Positions 38,521 to 49,258 of a DNA stretch of 64,000 nt are shown here, in pieces. The notes below the pieces were generated by a model. That model saw nothing but the letters and a program-made list of their open reading frames with translations. It had not been told where the DNA came from and searched no databases. Every line of letters begins with the position of its first letter. Within the stretch, counting starts at the first letter, position 1. The translations under genes were made by a program, and so were the position numbers. The stretch spans positions 62,001-126,000 of the forward strand of contig NIVC01001134.1 of assembly GCA_002269645.1 (NCBI GenBank), written 5' to 3'. The DNA comes from Macrostomum lignano (taxonomy: Eukaryota).

Positions 38521-39670
38521 TCTATTTCCCTAATCGCGGGAATCGCGGAGAATTGTCTGGCGGTCTCGAAACAATGAAGGTGATGCTGCGTTTCGAAGAA
38601 AAAAGCAACGATCAGAAGCAAGAGGAGCAAGAGAGCTTCGTAAAGTGTAGACTCTCCAAAAGAACGCAAGGACGAGTGGTTGAAGCATGTAATCGAGAGC
38701 ACACTACTGTAACAGATGAAAGAAGAAGGGCATTAATATGCAAGACATCAGGAACGAGTTAGGCCTAGCATCAGTGAGAGTGAAGATCGAACGAGCACAT
38801 TTCATTCGTATCGGTCACGTGTTACGCATGCCAGACGAGAGGCAGCCTAAGAAAGCAGTACTAGGCTGGTGCAAGAAACCGGAGGGAATCAGGAGCACCC
38901 GAAGAAGTGGAAATCCATTGTGGAAACGAGAACGAAAGAGATGCAAGAATGGGAGAGGAGTCGAGCTAAGGGGATCGAAGGCGAAAGGGACAGCAATCCG
39001 CTACAGAGTCCCATCCACCAGAAGAAACGGAGGAGAAGCCAGAAGCGAAACCTAGAGAGAGAAAGAAAGAGAAAGAAGAGAGAACGGACTTCAAATGCGA
39101 ATATGAAGGGTGTGAGAAAATCTGTAGGAGCAAAGCAGGACTCACAATACATGGCAAAAAGAATACACCGCGTCAAGGGCATGCAGGTACAATTCGAATG
39201 TAGCAAATGCAGCAAAACCTTTGCACAAGAAGCAACGATAAAAAATCATAGAAAGAGCTGTAGAGGAGAACCGGAAGACAGTGGGAAGACGGCGTGCGAG
39301 AAGTGCGGGAAGAGAGTAAGGACGTCCAACCTAAACAGGCACCGGAAGTAGCGCAGGAAACGCAGACCACTCCACCAAGGAAGTATCGAGCGAAAACAAA
39401 GAGCTGCGATTTATGAGTGCGGAAAGAACCTATCGGCAACCAACATGACGAGACACTAGAGGACATGCGGAGGGCCCTGAGGGAGCCAAGCCGAAAAGCG
39501 AGAACGGCAATCAGAGAAAGAAGAAAAAGAAGAAGAAGAAGAAAAAGAAGAAAAAAGAAGAAGAAGAAAAAGAAGAAAAAGAAAAAGAAGAAAAAGAAAA
39601 AGAAAAAGAAGAAGAAGAAAAAAAAGAAGAAGAAAAAGAAGAAGAAGAATATGATGATGATGATGATGAG
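38520..39670 (+). mobile_element. 5'-truncated RTE-like LINE 3' fragment with several C-terminal C2H2 fingers and an AAG-rich tail
   Basis: RIGHVLRMPDERQPKKAVLGW; CEYEGC..KAGL..H..RIH; CSKC..F..E...NH..SC; CEKCGK...NLNRH; followed by an (AAG/AAGAA)n(GAT)n run at 39515-39670. Confidence 0.8.
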
Positions 39671-39849
39671 GCCGCTGGCGAAGGCTGGTGAGTCATGATC
39701 CGCTTGCTCATGCTGCACCTACCTTCTAGCGGTAGCAAGCGTAGACCGCACGCCTCGGCTGTGCGGAAACAAAAAGGGAGCAGCAAATGCAAAGGAGGCC
39801 AAAACCGATGTAGAGATCTGCTGCGGCTGATTCACTCTAACATCAAAAT

Positions 39850-40590
39850 GACAAGATACATCGGCACATCTGGAGCAGTAAAACGCAACAGCCCCTACGC
39901 GAGATGGAAGAACGGGGAGTGAACATGTTCGAAGTACGTGGACAACTACAAGTAAGGAGCATCGAAAGTAAAATAGAAATCAGAACGCTGGAAAGGATCG
40001 GCCACCTGCTCCGCATGGAGAACTCCCGGATCACGAAGCAGGTGACTCTGGGCTGGCCAAAGAGAAGATTACCAAGGACGACAGCGAGAAAGCGCAAACA
40101 AACAACCATCGACTACTGGCGAAAAGTAATACGAAAAGCTGGATACGAACCGGACGACATCGAGCAGATCGCAAGGGACCGAGGATCTTGGAAAACGGCA
40201 GTCAAGGCAAGAGTGGAGCACATAACAAAATGGGAAGAGACGAAAGCAATGAACAAGAACACAGTTATGCCAAAGGACCAAACAGGACGTCAAACAGAGG
40301 ACAGATACTGCATCATCTGCAACAGAGAGTTCAAGACTCACACGGGACTGAAGATTCACAACACCAGGATGCATCGAGAACAGAGACAAGAGGAGAAGAA
40401 GTGCCCAAGATGCGGAGACATCCTAATTAACAAGGCCAGCGAAACGAACCACCTGAAGATCTGCAAAGGCGCCCCGAAAGGGACTTGCCCGTACTGTCTC
40501 CAGCCCAGGAGCACAGTACAATGGCCTACAAACAGGGTACCAACAAGAGGAAGAGAGCCAAGACGCCGACACGACGGACAGGCCTGAACC
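39850..40590 (+). mobile_element. Second, diverged RTE-like LINE 3' fragment with C-terminal zinc fingers
   Basis: RIGHLLRMENSRITKQVTLGW..ARDRGSWK..CIICNREFKTHTGLKIHNTRMH..CPRCG..NHLKIC. Confidence 0.8.
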
Positions 40591-41362
40591 AACCGACGTA
40601 CCGAGAGGAGCCAAGATTGCTTGCCCAGGTTGCAACAAGAGCATCTCAAAAACAAATATAGCAAGACACCGAAAAGTCTGCACCGCGGAACCGACTCAAA
40701 GCCAATGAGAGGCATGCCTCTTAGGAGGTCGAATGGCTTGACAAGACAAGACAAGATGAGTCACGATCCCACAGGCAAAAAACTGTGGGTCCTTTGCCTC
40801 CTGCTCGAGTCCTCGAATATTTTTGGACCAGCTGTTGATGGAGCCCCAGTTACAGCTGGCTGACTCAACAATGCCGCAGTGCACGCTGCTGGGGTTGGTG
40901 GGCAGACAGCAGCGAATGCAGCCACCAATTTATTATTCCAAAGTTTCGAGGCCTTATTCTGCCTCATCAGGCCTGACTCTTCAGCCTCAATTTCAGATTC
41001 TCTATCTTGACTTACTTGACTCAGCTGCAGGGGGCTCCGTGCGTCCGGAAACAGCGAGGAGGCGTTGCCGCCCATTTCGCTAACTGCAGTCCGAAGTGTT
41101 TTATCATTTTAATTGTCATTGCCTTGAGCCCCGTCGGCAGGCAGCGGCTGAATAATTTATTACAAATGATTGCTGCCCCAGAAAGCAACTAGCCGCTGTG
41201 TCGCCATGCGTCCAGTTCTCTACTTCCAACATCACCTGTTCACCCCTGTCCCCGGAGACAAATGCCCGTCTCTTCATCTGCACCCCACTTCATCTTGGAT
41301 ATTAAAGCCGCAGATGCCTCAGCAGTCAATTTGCCATTCTAGACCAATTCAAGCCCTTCACA

Positions 41363-42406
41363 ATGTCTGCTTTTATCCAAGCTCAGCTGCTAGGGGGCCG
41401 TAGCCCAGCGGTAGCCCAGCGGTAGCGCAGCTGCTCTGGTGTGCCGCGACCCAGGCTCGATTCCAAGTGCAGCCACATTAATTTGGGGCTGGATTGGAAT
41501 CTTGGCTCGGCTCGCTTGTGCAATTAACGGCCTTGAGAGCCAACCCCCCAAGGCGCAGTGAAGTGTACATGCCTAACAATTGATAAAGTTAGGGCCGCTG
41601 TACACTCCTGTGTGAGTGTGTGCCTGCGTAACGTATCCGCGCGCTTGTATGCCTGCTCAGGGGAGTCGGCGGAATGGGCAGTAATGCCTCTCGCCGGTTG
41701 TGTGCCAATGACGCTTAAATTGCGCCAAGGTGCACACAACCCCCCTGCCTCTAAAAAATAAAAAAAAAAGCTCAGCTGCTGGCTCTGCTGCTCCTGCTGC
41801 CGAGTCTGGCCGCGGGTTGTCCATAGAACTTCACCTTGCAGTACGGATTCTGCCTACATGTGAGGCCAGCAAACACTATTGAGAACTTGAGCTGGTGCGA
41901 AGCACAGTGAGCAACCTGATCTGGCGCCACTGATCTCGCCGGTGTCACACAGTGAACGATATTTTTTAGGCTTCACCGACATGCTGAAGGAGGCTGGCAC
42001 GTCTCGCAGAGGCTGGATGAGTATCGATGGCGAGCTGCTGTCTGGCCGACCCGACAGTCTTAATGCCGAAGATGACTGCCTGAGCATCATCAATAGCAAG
42101 ATCCATCCCCTGCTGTAGCTGTCGGACGCGGTGTGCACCAGCAACTACGGCTTCATCTGCGAGCCGGCCGTGCTGTAGGCCTGCCCGACAGTCCAGCCGC
42201 TGCACGTCTCGCCGTTCTGCTGCCGCGGCGAGGAGGTCACAGCCAGGAACCGGATCCACTGCGTGTCCCTGTGCGCCGCCAACCGCGCGTGCAGGGCCGT
42301 CCTGTTCAACAGGGCCACCCGCGCCTGCCGCCAGGTTCTGTACGGAGACGCCGCCGTGGAGGCCGCCATCGAGACCGACGCCAACTGGCAGAAGTTCGTC
42401 CGCTGA
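41363..42406 (+). pseudogene. Secreted C-type lectin + PAN/apple domain pseudogene, interrupted by a SINE
   Basis: MSAFIQAQL[SINE]LALLLLLPSLAAGCP*NFTLQYGFCLH..SWCEAQ*...DCLSI..*LSDAVCTSNYGFICE..*ACP...HCVSLCAANRACRAVLFNRATRACRQV..; several in-frame stops. Confidence 0.8.
41392..41767 (+). mobile_element. Complete tRNA-derived SINE
   Basis: A-box TAGCCCAGCGG (duplicated), B-box GGCTCGATTCC, A-rich tail, and 13-bp TSD AAGCTCAGCTGCT at 41379-41391 and 41768-41780. Confidence 0.9.
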
Positions 42407-42584
42407 TGCGCGAACCACGGTGCACGACTGGGGAGCACGGAGTATTCGATAACACATTGCCTTCTCAACAGTGCCTTGACGTGTTTTCTGCTTTTGTCCT
42501 TTAATTATTCTGCTTAGGATTTCAAACTGTTGGCTATTTTATTCTCGTTGTTTATTAAGTTGGAAACCGTGTTGACAGAGCCCT

Positions 42585-42845
42585 GTCCGTAACCATGACA
42601 GAGCACCCCCCGTAACCATGGTGACAGAGCCGTCTCCGTAACCATGACAGAGCACCCCCCGTAACCATGGTGACAGAGCCGTCTCCATAACCATGACAGA
42701 GCACCCCCCGTAACCATGGTGACAGAGCCGTCTCCATAACCAAGACAGAGCACTCCCCGTAACCATGGTGACAGAGCCCTGTCCATAACAATGACAGAAC
42801 ACTCCCCGTAACCATGGTGACAGAGCACTCCCTGAAACCATGGTG
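42585..42845. repeat. ~49-bp dimeric minisatellite with GTAACCATGGTGAC (X-box-like)
   Basis: Five copies of GTAACCATGGTGAC alternating with gtaaccatgacagag variants. Confidence 0.9.
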
Positions 42846-43453
42846 AAAAAATACACAGTGTTTAGCTACTCCATCTCTCTATCCAATTAGGAGCACTTTT
42901 TATTTTTGCGAAAATGACACAATGTACTTGTAAAAAAGCAAAGTTAAGTTTGATATCTTTCGGCACGGCTGGTGCACGCTACTATTAGTAAAAATCAGTT
43001 TTTCTTTTGAATCGCCGATTCTCAATTGCCAGTGCTGTCACTGGCGCAATCTGAAGGAATTGCAATCAAAAAAGGTATCATAAATAGTTAAAAAAATAGT
43101 GCACTTGATACTTTCCCTGCCATTTCTCTCCCCTATCCGCCCCATCCTTCCCCTTATCCGCCCCATCCTCCTCCTATCCGCCTTATCCTTCTACTATCCG
43201 CCTTATCCTTCTACTATCCGCCTTATCCTTCTACTATCCGCCTTATCCTCCCCCTATCCGCCCCATCCTCCCCCTATTCGCCCCATCTTCCCCCTATTCG
43301 CCCCATCCTCCCCCTATTCGCCCCTTCCGCTCCCATTCCCTTTCCTTCCCCTTTATCTGCCCATGTCTCTGCCATCAGCTCTTTTTCTACCGTCCGCCTT
43401 CCTCCTTCCACCTTCCTCATCCTCTTTCGCCTCTCCCCATCCGCCCCTCCCCC

Positions 43454-43804
43454 TCACTTTCTTCTGCCACGGTCCCCGGCCTTCCCAGCCAGCAGCGAGG
43501 GCAGGCTGGTCCTCCGGCCGGCCGCCGCCACCGGGGTCAGAGCGGCAGCGCGGGCAGCCCACGGTTTTCCCGTCCCGGTCAGGCCGCCTTCAAGACTCAG
43601 CTGGACCGCGGTCGGCTGCCGGCTGGAACTCGCCGAGTTCCCCGCCGACTCGGCAGCCGTTGACGGCTTGGTGGCGCCGTCGCCGCCACTGCCGCTGTCG
43701 GTGGTGACAGTCTTTCTCGAGCTCCGCGTTGGCAGCCTGGACTCGGTGCGGCAGATGCTGCATGCGGCCGGCAGCGACTCCTGCTGGAGGTTGGTGGGTA
43801 TTGG
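43454..43804 (-). CDS. TBATA-like gene, candidate terminal exon (low complexity)
   Basis: Phase-0 acceptor catcagagcag|CCA and a GC3-rich open frame to TGA. The alternative acceptor at 43810 would use another frame. Confidence 0.45.
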   Translation of the reverse strand, partial: PIPTNLQQESLPAACSICRTESRLPTRSSRKTVTTDSGSGGDGATKPSTAAESAGNSASSSRQPTAVQLSLEGGLTGTGKPWAARAAALTPVAAAGRRTSLPSLLAGKAGDRGRRK

Positions 43805-43879
43805 CTGCTCTGATGGAAATCTTTTATTGCGCAAAGTATTTCTGTTTCTCATTCATTTATTTTCTCTTTCTCTCTCTCC

Positions 43880-44190
43880 CTCACTCTACTTCACTTCTCC
43901 CTCCCTCTACTCCCCTTCTCCCTCACTCTACTCCCCTTCTCCCTCACTCTACTCCCCTTCTCCCTCACTCTACTCCCCTTCTCCCTCACTCTACTCCCCT
44001 TTTCCCTCACTCTACTCCCCTTCTCCCTCACTCTACTCCCCTTCTCCCTCACTCTACTCCCCTTCTCCCTCACTCTACTCCCCTTCTCCCTCACTCTACT
44101 CCCCTTCTCCCTCACTCTACTCCCCTTCTCCCTCACTCTACTCCCCTTCTCCCTCACTCTACTCCCCTTCTCCCTTCCTCTACTCCCCTA
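43880..44190. repeat. 21-bp pyrimidine-rich minisatellite (intron)
   Basis: Unit ctctactccccttctccctca. Confidence 0.97.
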
Positions 44191-44267
44191 TAATTATGCT
44201 CAAGTCTCTCTATCTCAGCCGAGTTTCGGCAGTAAAATTCTACCCAATTAACTCAGTCGAGCCTCAC

Positions 44268-44542
44268 CACAAAATACTCGTCCCGGTTGGCCACCGAGGA
44301 TTGGATAATGTCGGTCACGAGTTCGCGCTCTCTAGGCGAAGCGGCCATCAGCCAGGCCTGCACAGCGGCTCGGTCCTGAGTCTGCAGGATGCGGCACAGC
44401 ATGCTTATCACGGAGCCCTGCAGCAGCTCCAGCTTGCCGATGGCAGATGTCGCTGCAGCGTCGCCACCGGCCACCAGGCGGCCCGTCAGCGGACTGTACA
44501 GTCGCTGCGCCTCCTTGGCCAGATGGGGATTTGCAGGTGGGC
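44268..44542 (-). CDS. TBATA: TBATA-like protein, conserved C-terminal domain exon
   Basis: RLYSPLTGRLV...MLCRILQTQDRAAVQAWLMAASPRERELVTDIIQSSV resembles, from recall, TBATA KYSAETGRLI...LLCRILETDLLSAIQFWLLYAPPKEKDLALGLLQTAV. Acceptor atctcag|GC (phase 1), donor GTG|GTGAGG. Confidence 0.75.
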
Positions 44543-44624
44543 CTGAGATTTGCAGTTTGATGAGGGAGGAGACTGGATGAGTTTTTATGTTGAAATAAGG
44601 AGGGAATACATAATTCCCTCATTT

Positions 44625-44820
44625 TACTGAGGGAATACCCCATGTCACTAAGGGAATACCCCATGTCACCAAGGGAATACCCCATGTCACTAAGGGAATA
44701 CCCCATGTCACTAAGGGAATACCCCATGTCACTAAGGGAATACCCCATGTCACTAAGGGAATACCCCATGTCACTAAGGGAATACCCAGGTCACTAAGGG
44801 AATACCCCATGTTACTGAGG
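44625..44820. repeat. 21-bp minisatellite
   Basis: Unit gggaataccccatgtcactaa. Confidence 0.97.
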
Positions 44821-45228
44821 GATCCGCACACTCCAAAATGTTCAGAATTCAGAACACGCAGTGTATAATCCAAGCAACTGCTTGTATAGGCTCTTATTAG
44901 AATGATGCCATACATTATCTTCGGTATTCACATTAGCTTCACAACATCGGAAATCCTATATTGACGAGAAACTATCCACAATATACCTAGTGATTTCCAT
45001 TTTTCCATCCATCCCATGTACTTTCAAATCTATAAAATACTTGTTTTTTAACCCTATTTTCATAAGTCAGTCAAAAATCAGCGACAAAAACCAAGCAAAT
45101 TGTTTTATCAACAAGTGGTATATTTTGAACAAAAACAACGAATCATTACTAATCAGAAATCAAACGAAAGAAACGACTTCAGTAACAGCATGAAGTTCGC
45201 ATTGACATCAAAAGCCAATTCAAAGCGC

Positions 45229-48200
45229 TCAGTAATCAGCGCGGAGTTCATTGTTGTCGCCGAAGTTCCAGTCGTAACTGTTGAGATTGGCGCTACCGAC
45301 TTCCTGCTGTTCTTGTTGCTCCTGCTTCTGGTCGCTGCTGTCGCTGAAGGCATTGTCGAAAGTGTTGTACTGCTTGCTGACTTCGGCACCGCTCGTGCCG
45401 TCCTTCTTGTTGGCATTGAAGGAACTCTCAGAGTCTGAGCCCTGCTGACTGTTTGTCTTGTACTCAATGTAGTTGCTGTCTTTGTTCTCGCTGCTGGCTG
45501 ACTGGAAGTCGGTGTTGGCTGCCTTCCAGTTGTCGTTGCTTTCAGTACCGGTGTTGGCTGCCTTCCAGTTGTCGTTGCTTTCAGTACCGGTGTTGGCTGC
45601 CTTCCAGTTGTCGTTGCTTTCAGTACCGGTGTTGGCTGCCTTCCAGTTGTCGTTGCTTTCAGTACCGGTGTTGGCTGCCTTCCAGTTGTCGTTGCTTTCA
45701 GTACCGGTGTTGGCTGCCTTCCAGTTGTCGTTGCTTTCAGTACCGGTGTTGGCTGCCTTCCAGTTGTCGTTGCTTTCAGTACCGGTGTTGGCTGCCTTCC
45801 AGTTGTCATTGCCTTCAGTACCGGTGTTGGCTGCCTTCCAGTTGTCGTTGCCTTCAGTACCGGTGTTGGCTGCCTTCCAGTTGTCGTTGCCTTCAGTACC
45901 GGTGTTGGCTGCCTTCCAGTTGTCGTTGCTTTCAGTACCGGTGTTGGCTGCCTTCCAGTTGTCGTTGCCTTCAGTACCGGTGTTGGCTGCCTTCCAGTTG
46001 TCGTTGCCTTCAGTACCGGTGTTGGCTGCCTTCCAGTTGTCATTGCCTTCAGTACCGGTGTTGGCTGCCTTCCAGTTGTCGTTGCCTTCAGTACCGGTGT
46101 TGGCTGCCTTCCAGTTGTCGTTGCCTTCAGTACCGGTGTTGGCTGCCTTCCAGTTGTCGTTGCTGCTTTCAGAACCGGTGTTGGCTGCCTTCGAGTTGTC
46201 GTTGCCTTCAGTACCGGTGTTGGCTGCCTTCCAGTTGTCGTTGCTTTCAGTACCGGTGTTGGCTGCCTTCCAGTTGTCGTTGCTTTCAGTACCGGTGTTG
46301 GCTGCCTTCCAGTTGTCGTTGCTTTCAGTACCGGTGTTGGCTGCCTTCCAGATGTCGTTGCTTTCAGTACCGGTGTTGGCTGCCTTCCAGTTGTCGTTGC
46401 CTTCAGTACCGGTGTTGGCTGCCTTCCAGTTGTCGTTGCCTTCAGTACCGGTGTTGGCTGCCTTCCAGTTGTCGTTGCTTTCAGTACCGGTGTTGGCTGC
46501 CTTCCAGTTGTCGTTGCCTTCAGAACCGGTGTTGGCTGCCTTCCAGTTGTCGCTGCCTTCAGTACCGGTGTTGGCTGCCTTCCAGTTGTCGTTGCTGCTT
46601 TCAGAACCGGTGTTGGCTGCCTTCCAGTTGTCGTTGCTTTCAGTACCGGTGTTGGCTGCCTTCGAGTTGTCGTTGCCTTCAGTACCGGTGTTGGCTGCCT
46701 TCCAGTTGTCGTTGCTGCTTTCAGTACCGGTGTTGGCTGCCTTCCAGTTGTCGTTGCTTTCAGTACCGGTGTTGGCTGCCTTCAAGTTGTCGTTGCCTTC
46801 AGTACCGGTGTTGGCTGCCTTCCAGTTGTCGTTGCCTTCAGTACCGGTGTTGGCTGCCTTCCAGTTGTCGTTGCCTTCAGTACCGGTGTTGGCTGCCTTC
46901 CAGTTGTCGTTGCTTTCAGTACCGGTGTTGGCTGCCTTCCAGTTGTCGCTGCCTTCAGAACCGGTGTTGGCTGCCTTCCAGTTGTCGCTGCCTTCAGTAC
47001 CGGTGTTGGCTGCCTTCCAGTTGTCGCTGCCTTCAGAACCGGTGTTGGCTGCCTTCCAGTTGTCGCTGCCTTCAGTACCGGTGTTGGCTGCCTTCCAGTT
47101 GTCGTTGCTACTTTCAGAACCGGTGTTGGCTGCCTTCCACATACTCTTTCCGTTGCTGTCAGCACCAGTTTTTGCCACTTTCCTGTCGTCGTCCTTGCTG
47201 CCAGCCCCGGTTTTGGGCACTTTCCAGTCGTCGTCCTTGCTGCCAGGATTGGTTTTGGGCACTTTCCAGTCGTCATCCTTGCTACCAGCATTGTTTTTGG
47301 GCACTTTCCAGTCGTCATCCTTGGTACCAGTGTTTTCCTTACTGCCAGCACCGGTTTTGGACACTTTCCAATCTTCTTCCTTGGTACCGGCGTTTTCCTT
47401 GTTGCCAGCAACGGTTTTGGGCACTTTCCAGTCGTCGTCCTTGTTACCAGCACCGCTTTTGGGCACTTTCCAGTCGTCGTCCTTTTTAGCAGCACCGGTT
47501 TCGGACACTTTCCAGTCGTCGTCCTTGCTACCAGCACCGCTTTTGGGCACTTTCCAGTCGTCGTCCTTGCTGCCAGGATTGGTTTTGGGCACTTTCCAGT
47601 CGTCATCCTTGCTACCAGCATTGTTTTTGGGCACTTTCCAGTCGTCATCCTTGGTACCAGTGTTTTCCTTACTGCCAGCACCGGTTTTGGACACTTTCCA
47701 ATCTTCTTCCTTGGTACCGGCGTTTTCCTTGTTGCCAGCAACGGTTTTGGACACTTTCCAGTCGTCGTCCTTGTTACCAGCACCGCTTTTGGGCACTTTC
47801 CAGTCGTCGTCCTTGCTGCCAGGATTGGTTTTGGGCACTTTCCAGTCGTCGTCCTTGCTACCAGCACCGCTTTTGGACACTTTCCAGTCGTCGTCCTTGA
47901 TGCCAGGATTGGTTTTGGGCACTTTCCAGTCGTCGTTCTTGCTGCCAGCATTGGTTTTGGACACTTTCCAGTCGTCGTCCTTGCTACCAGCACCGCTTTT
48001 GGACACTTTCCAGTCGTCGTCCTTGCTGCCAGAATTGGTTTTGGGCACTTTCCAGTCGTCGTTCTTGCTGCCAGCATTGGTTTTGGACACTTTCCAGTCG
48101 TCGTCCTTGCTACCAGCACCGCTTTTGGACACATTCCAGTCGTCGTCCTTGCTGCCAGAATTGGTTTTGGGCACTTTCCAGTCGTCGTTCTTGCTGCCAG

Positions 48201-49179
48201 CATTGGTTTTGGACACTTTCCAGTCGTCGTTCTTGCTGCCAGCATTGGTTTTGGACACTTTCCAGTCGTCGTCCTTGCTACCAGCACCGCTTTTGGGCAC
48301 TTTCCAGTCGTCGTCCTTTTTAGCAGCACCGGTTTTTGACACTTTCCAGTCGTCGTCCTTGCTACCAGCACCGCTTTTGGACACTTTCCAGTCGTCGTTC
48401 TTTTTAGCAGCACCGGTTTTTGACACTTTCCAGTCGTCGTCCTTGCTGCCAGGATTGGTATTGGGCACTTTATAGTCGTCGTCCTTGCTGCCAGCATTGG
48501 TTTTGGACACTTTCCAGTCGTCGTCCTTGCTACCAGGATTGGTTTTGGGCACTTTCCAGTCGTCGTCTTTGCTACCAGCATTGTTTTTGGACACTTTCCA
48601 GTCGCCTTCTTTGGTACCAGTGTTTTCCTTACTGCCAGCACCGGTTTCGGACACTTTCCAGTCGTTGTCCTTGCTACCAGGATTGGTTTTGGAAACTTTC
48701 CAGTCGTCGTCCTTTTTAGCAGCACTGGTTTTTGACACTTTCCAGTCTTCTCCCTTGCTACCCGTGTTTTCCTTGTTGCCAGCACCGCTTTTGGGCACTT
48801 TCCAATCGTCGTTCTTGCTTCCAGCATTGTTTTTGGGCACTTTCCAGTCGTCGTCTTTGGTACCAGTGTTTTCCTTACCGCCAGCACCGGTTTTGGACAC
48901 TTTCCAGTCTTCTTCCTTGGTACCAGTGTTTTCCTTGTTGCCAGCAACGGTTTTGGACACTTTCGAGTCTTCATCCTTGGTACCAGTGTTTTCGTTGTTG
49001 CCAGCAGCGGTTTTGGACACTTTCCAGTCGTCGTCCTTGCTGCCAGCACCAGTTTCGGACACTTTCCAGTCGTCGTCACTGCTGTTGTTACCGGTGTCAG
49101 TTCCGAAGGGAGGGGCTGCCAGCGTCAATGAGGCCCAAAGAGCCAACGCAATCAACAACGGATGCAGTCGAGCTGACAT
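45229..49179 (-). CDS. Intronless secreted tandem-repeat protein (1316 aa), function unknown
   Basis: Signal peptide MSARLHPLLIALALWASLTLA; 42 units of DDDWKV(S/P)KxxAGSK (14/20 aa); about 40 units of NWKAANTGTE(S/G)ND (13 aa); unique acidic C-terminus. All unit-length variants are multiples of 3 nt. The ORF-track start at 49188 is TTG; the real ATG is at 49179. Confidence 0.9.
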   Translation of the reverse strand: MSARLHPLLIALALWASLTLAAPPFGTDTGNNSSDDDWKVSETGAGSKDDDWKVSKTAAGNNENTGTKDEDSKVSKTVAGNKENTGTKEEDWKVSKTGAGGKENTGTKDDDWKVPKNNAGSKNDDWKVPKSGAGNKENTGSKGEDWKVSKTSAAKKDDDWKVSKTNPGSKDNDWKVSETGAGSKENTGTKEGDWKVSKNNAGSKDDDWKVPKTNPGSKDDDWKVSKTNAGSKDDDYKVPNTNPGSKDDDWKVSKTGAAKKNDDWKVSKSGAGSKDDDWKVSKTGAAKKDDDWKVPKSGAGSKDDDWKVSKTNAGSKNDDWKVSKTNAGSKNDDWKVPKTNSGSKDDDWNVSKSGAGSKDDDWKVSKTNAGSKNDDWKVPKTNSGSKDDDWKVSKSGAGSKDDDWKVSKTNAGSKNDDWKVPKTNPGIKDDDWKVSKSGAGSKDDDWKVPKTNPGSKDDDWKVPKSGAGNKDDDWKVSKTVAGNKENAGTKEEDWKVSKTGAGSKENTGTKDDDWKVPKNNAGSKDDDWKVPKTNPGSKDDDWKVPKSGAGSKDDDWKVSETGAAKKDDDWKVPKSGAGNKDDDWKVPKTVAGNKENAGTKEEDWKVSKTGAGSKENTGTKDDDWKVPKNNAGSKDDDWKVPKTNPGSKDDDWKVPKTGAGSKDDDRKVAKTGADSNGKSMWKAANTGSESSNDNWKAANTGTEGSDNWKAANTGSEGSDNWKAANTGTEGSDNWKAANTGSEGSDNWKAANTGTESNDNWKAANTGTEGNDNWKAANTGTEGNDNWKAANTGTEGNDNLKAANTGTESNDNWKAANTGTESSNDNWKAANTGTEGNDNSKAANTGTESNDNWKAANTGSESSNDNWKAANTGTEGSDNWKAANTGSEGNDNWKAANTGTESNDNWKAANTGTEGNDNWKAANTGTEGNDNWKAANTGTESNDIWKAANTGTESNDNWKAANTGTESNDNWKAANTGTESNDNWKAANTGTEGNDNSKAANTGSESSNDNWKAANTGTEGNDNWKAANTGTEGNDNWKAANTGTEGNDNWKAANTGTEGNDNWKAANTGTEGNDNWKAANTGTESNDNWKAANTGTEGNDNWKAANTGTEGNDNWKAANTGTEGNDNWKAANTGTESNDNWKAANTGTESNDNWKAANTGTESNDNWKAANTGTESNDNWKAANTGTESNDNWKAANTGTESNDNWKAANTGTESNDNWKAANTDFQSASSENKDSNYIEYKTNSQQGSDSESSFNANKKDGTSGAEVSKQYNTFDNAFSDSSDQKQEQQEQQEVGSANLNSYDWNFGDNNELRADY

Positions 49180-49252
49180 TTTTGACAATTCGATAAGTCA
49201 ATTAGATTGGCAATCGGTATTGAAATACACACGATGGTTGAAGACGCATGAG

Positions 49253-49258
49253 TTTATA
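49253..49258 (-). promoter_or_regulatory. TATA box of the repeat-protein gene
   Basis: TATAAA on the minus strand, about 75 bp upstream of the ATG. Confidence 0.45.

Noticed and set aside
39173-39792. Poly-Phe and poly-Lys ORFs
   Set aside because: Translations of the AAG-rich tail of a LINE fragment.
41392-41475. Functional tRNA gene
   Set aside because: The A-box is duplicated, the acceptor stem does not pair, and it continues into a SINE body with poly(A) and TSD.
41640-41750. Self-cleaving ribozyme in the SINE
   Set aside because: It lacks the hammerhead CTGANGA/GAAA core, the HDV nested pseudoknot and the twister consensus; the GTTAGGGCC similarity to pistol at ~41589 is too short. 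Kept only as a structured domain.
45453-48475. Very long plus-strand ORFs (678 aa Cys-rich, 1000 aa Leu/Val-rich) and the 765-aa alternative minus frame
   Set aside because: Shadow frames of the WK-repeat gene: the repeat units lack stops in those frames, and they have no credible start context or unique domains.
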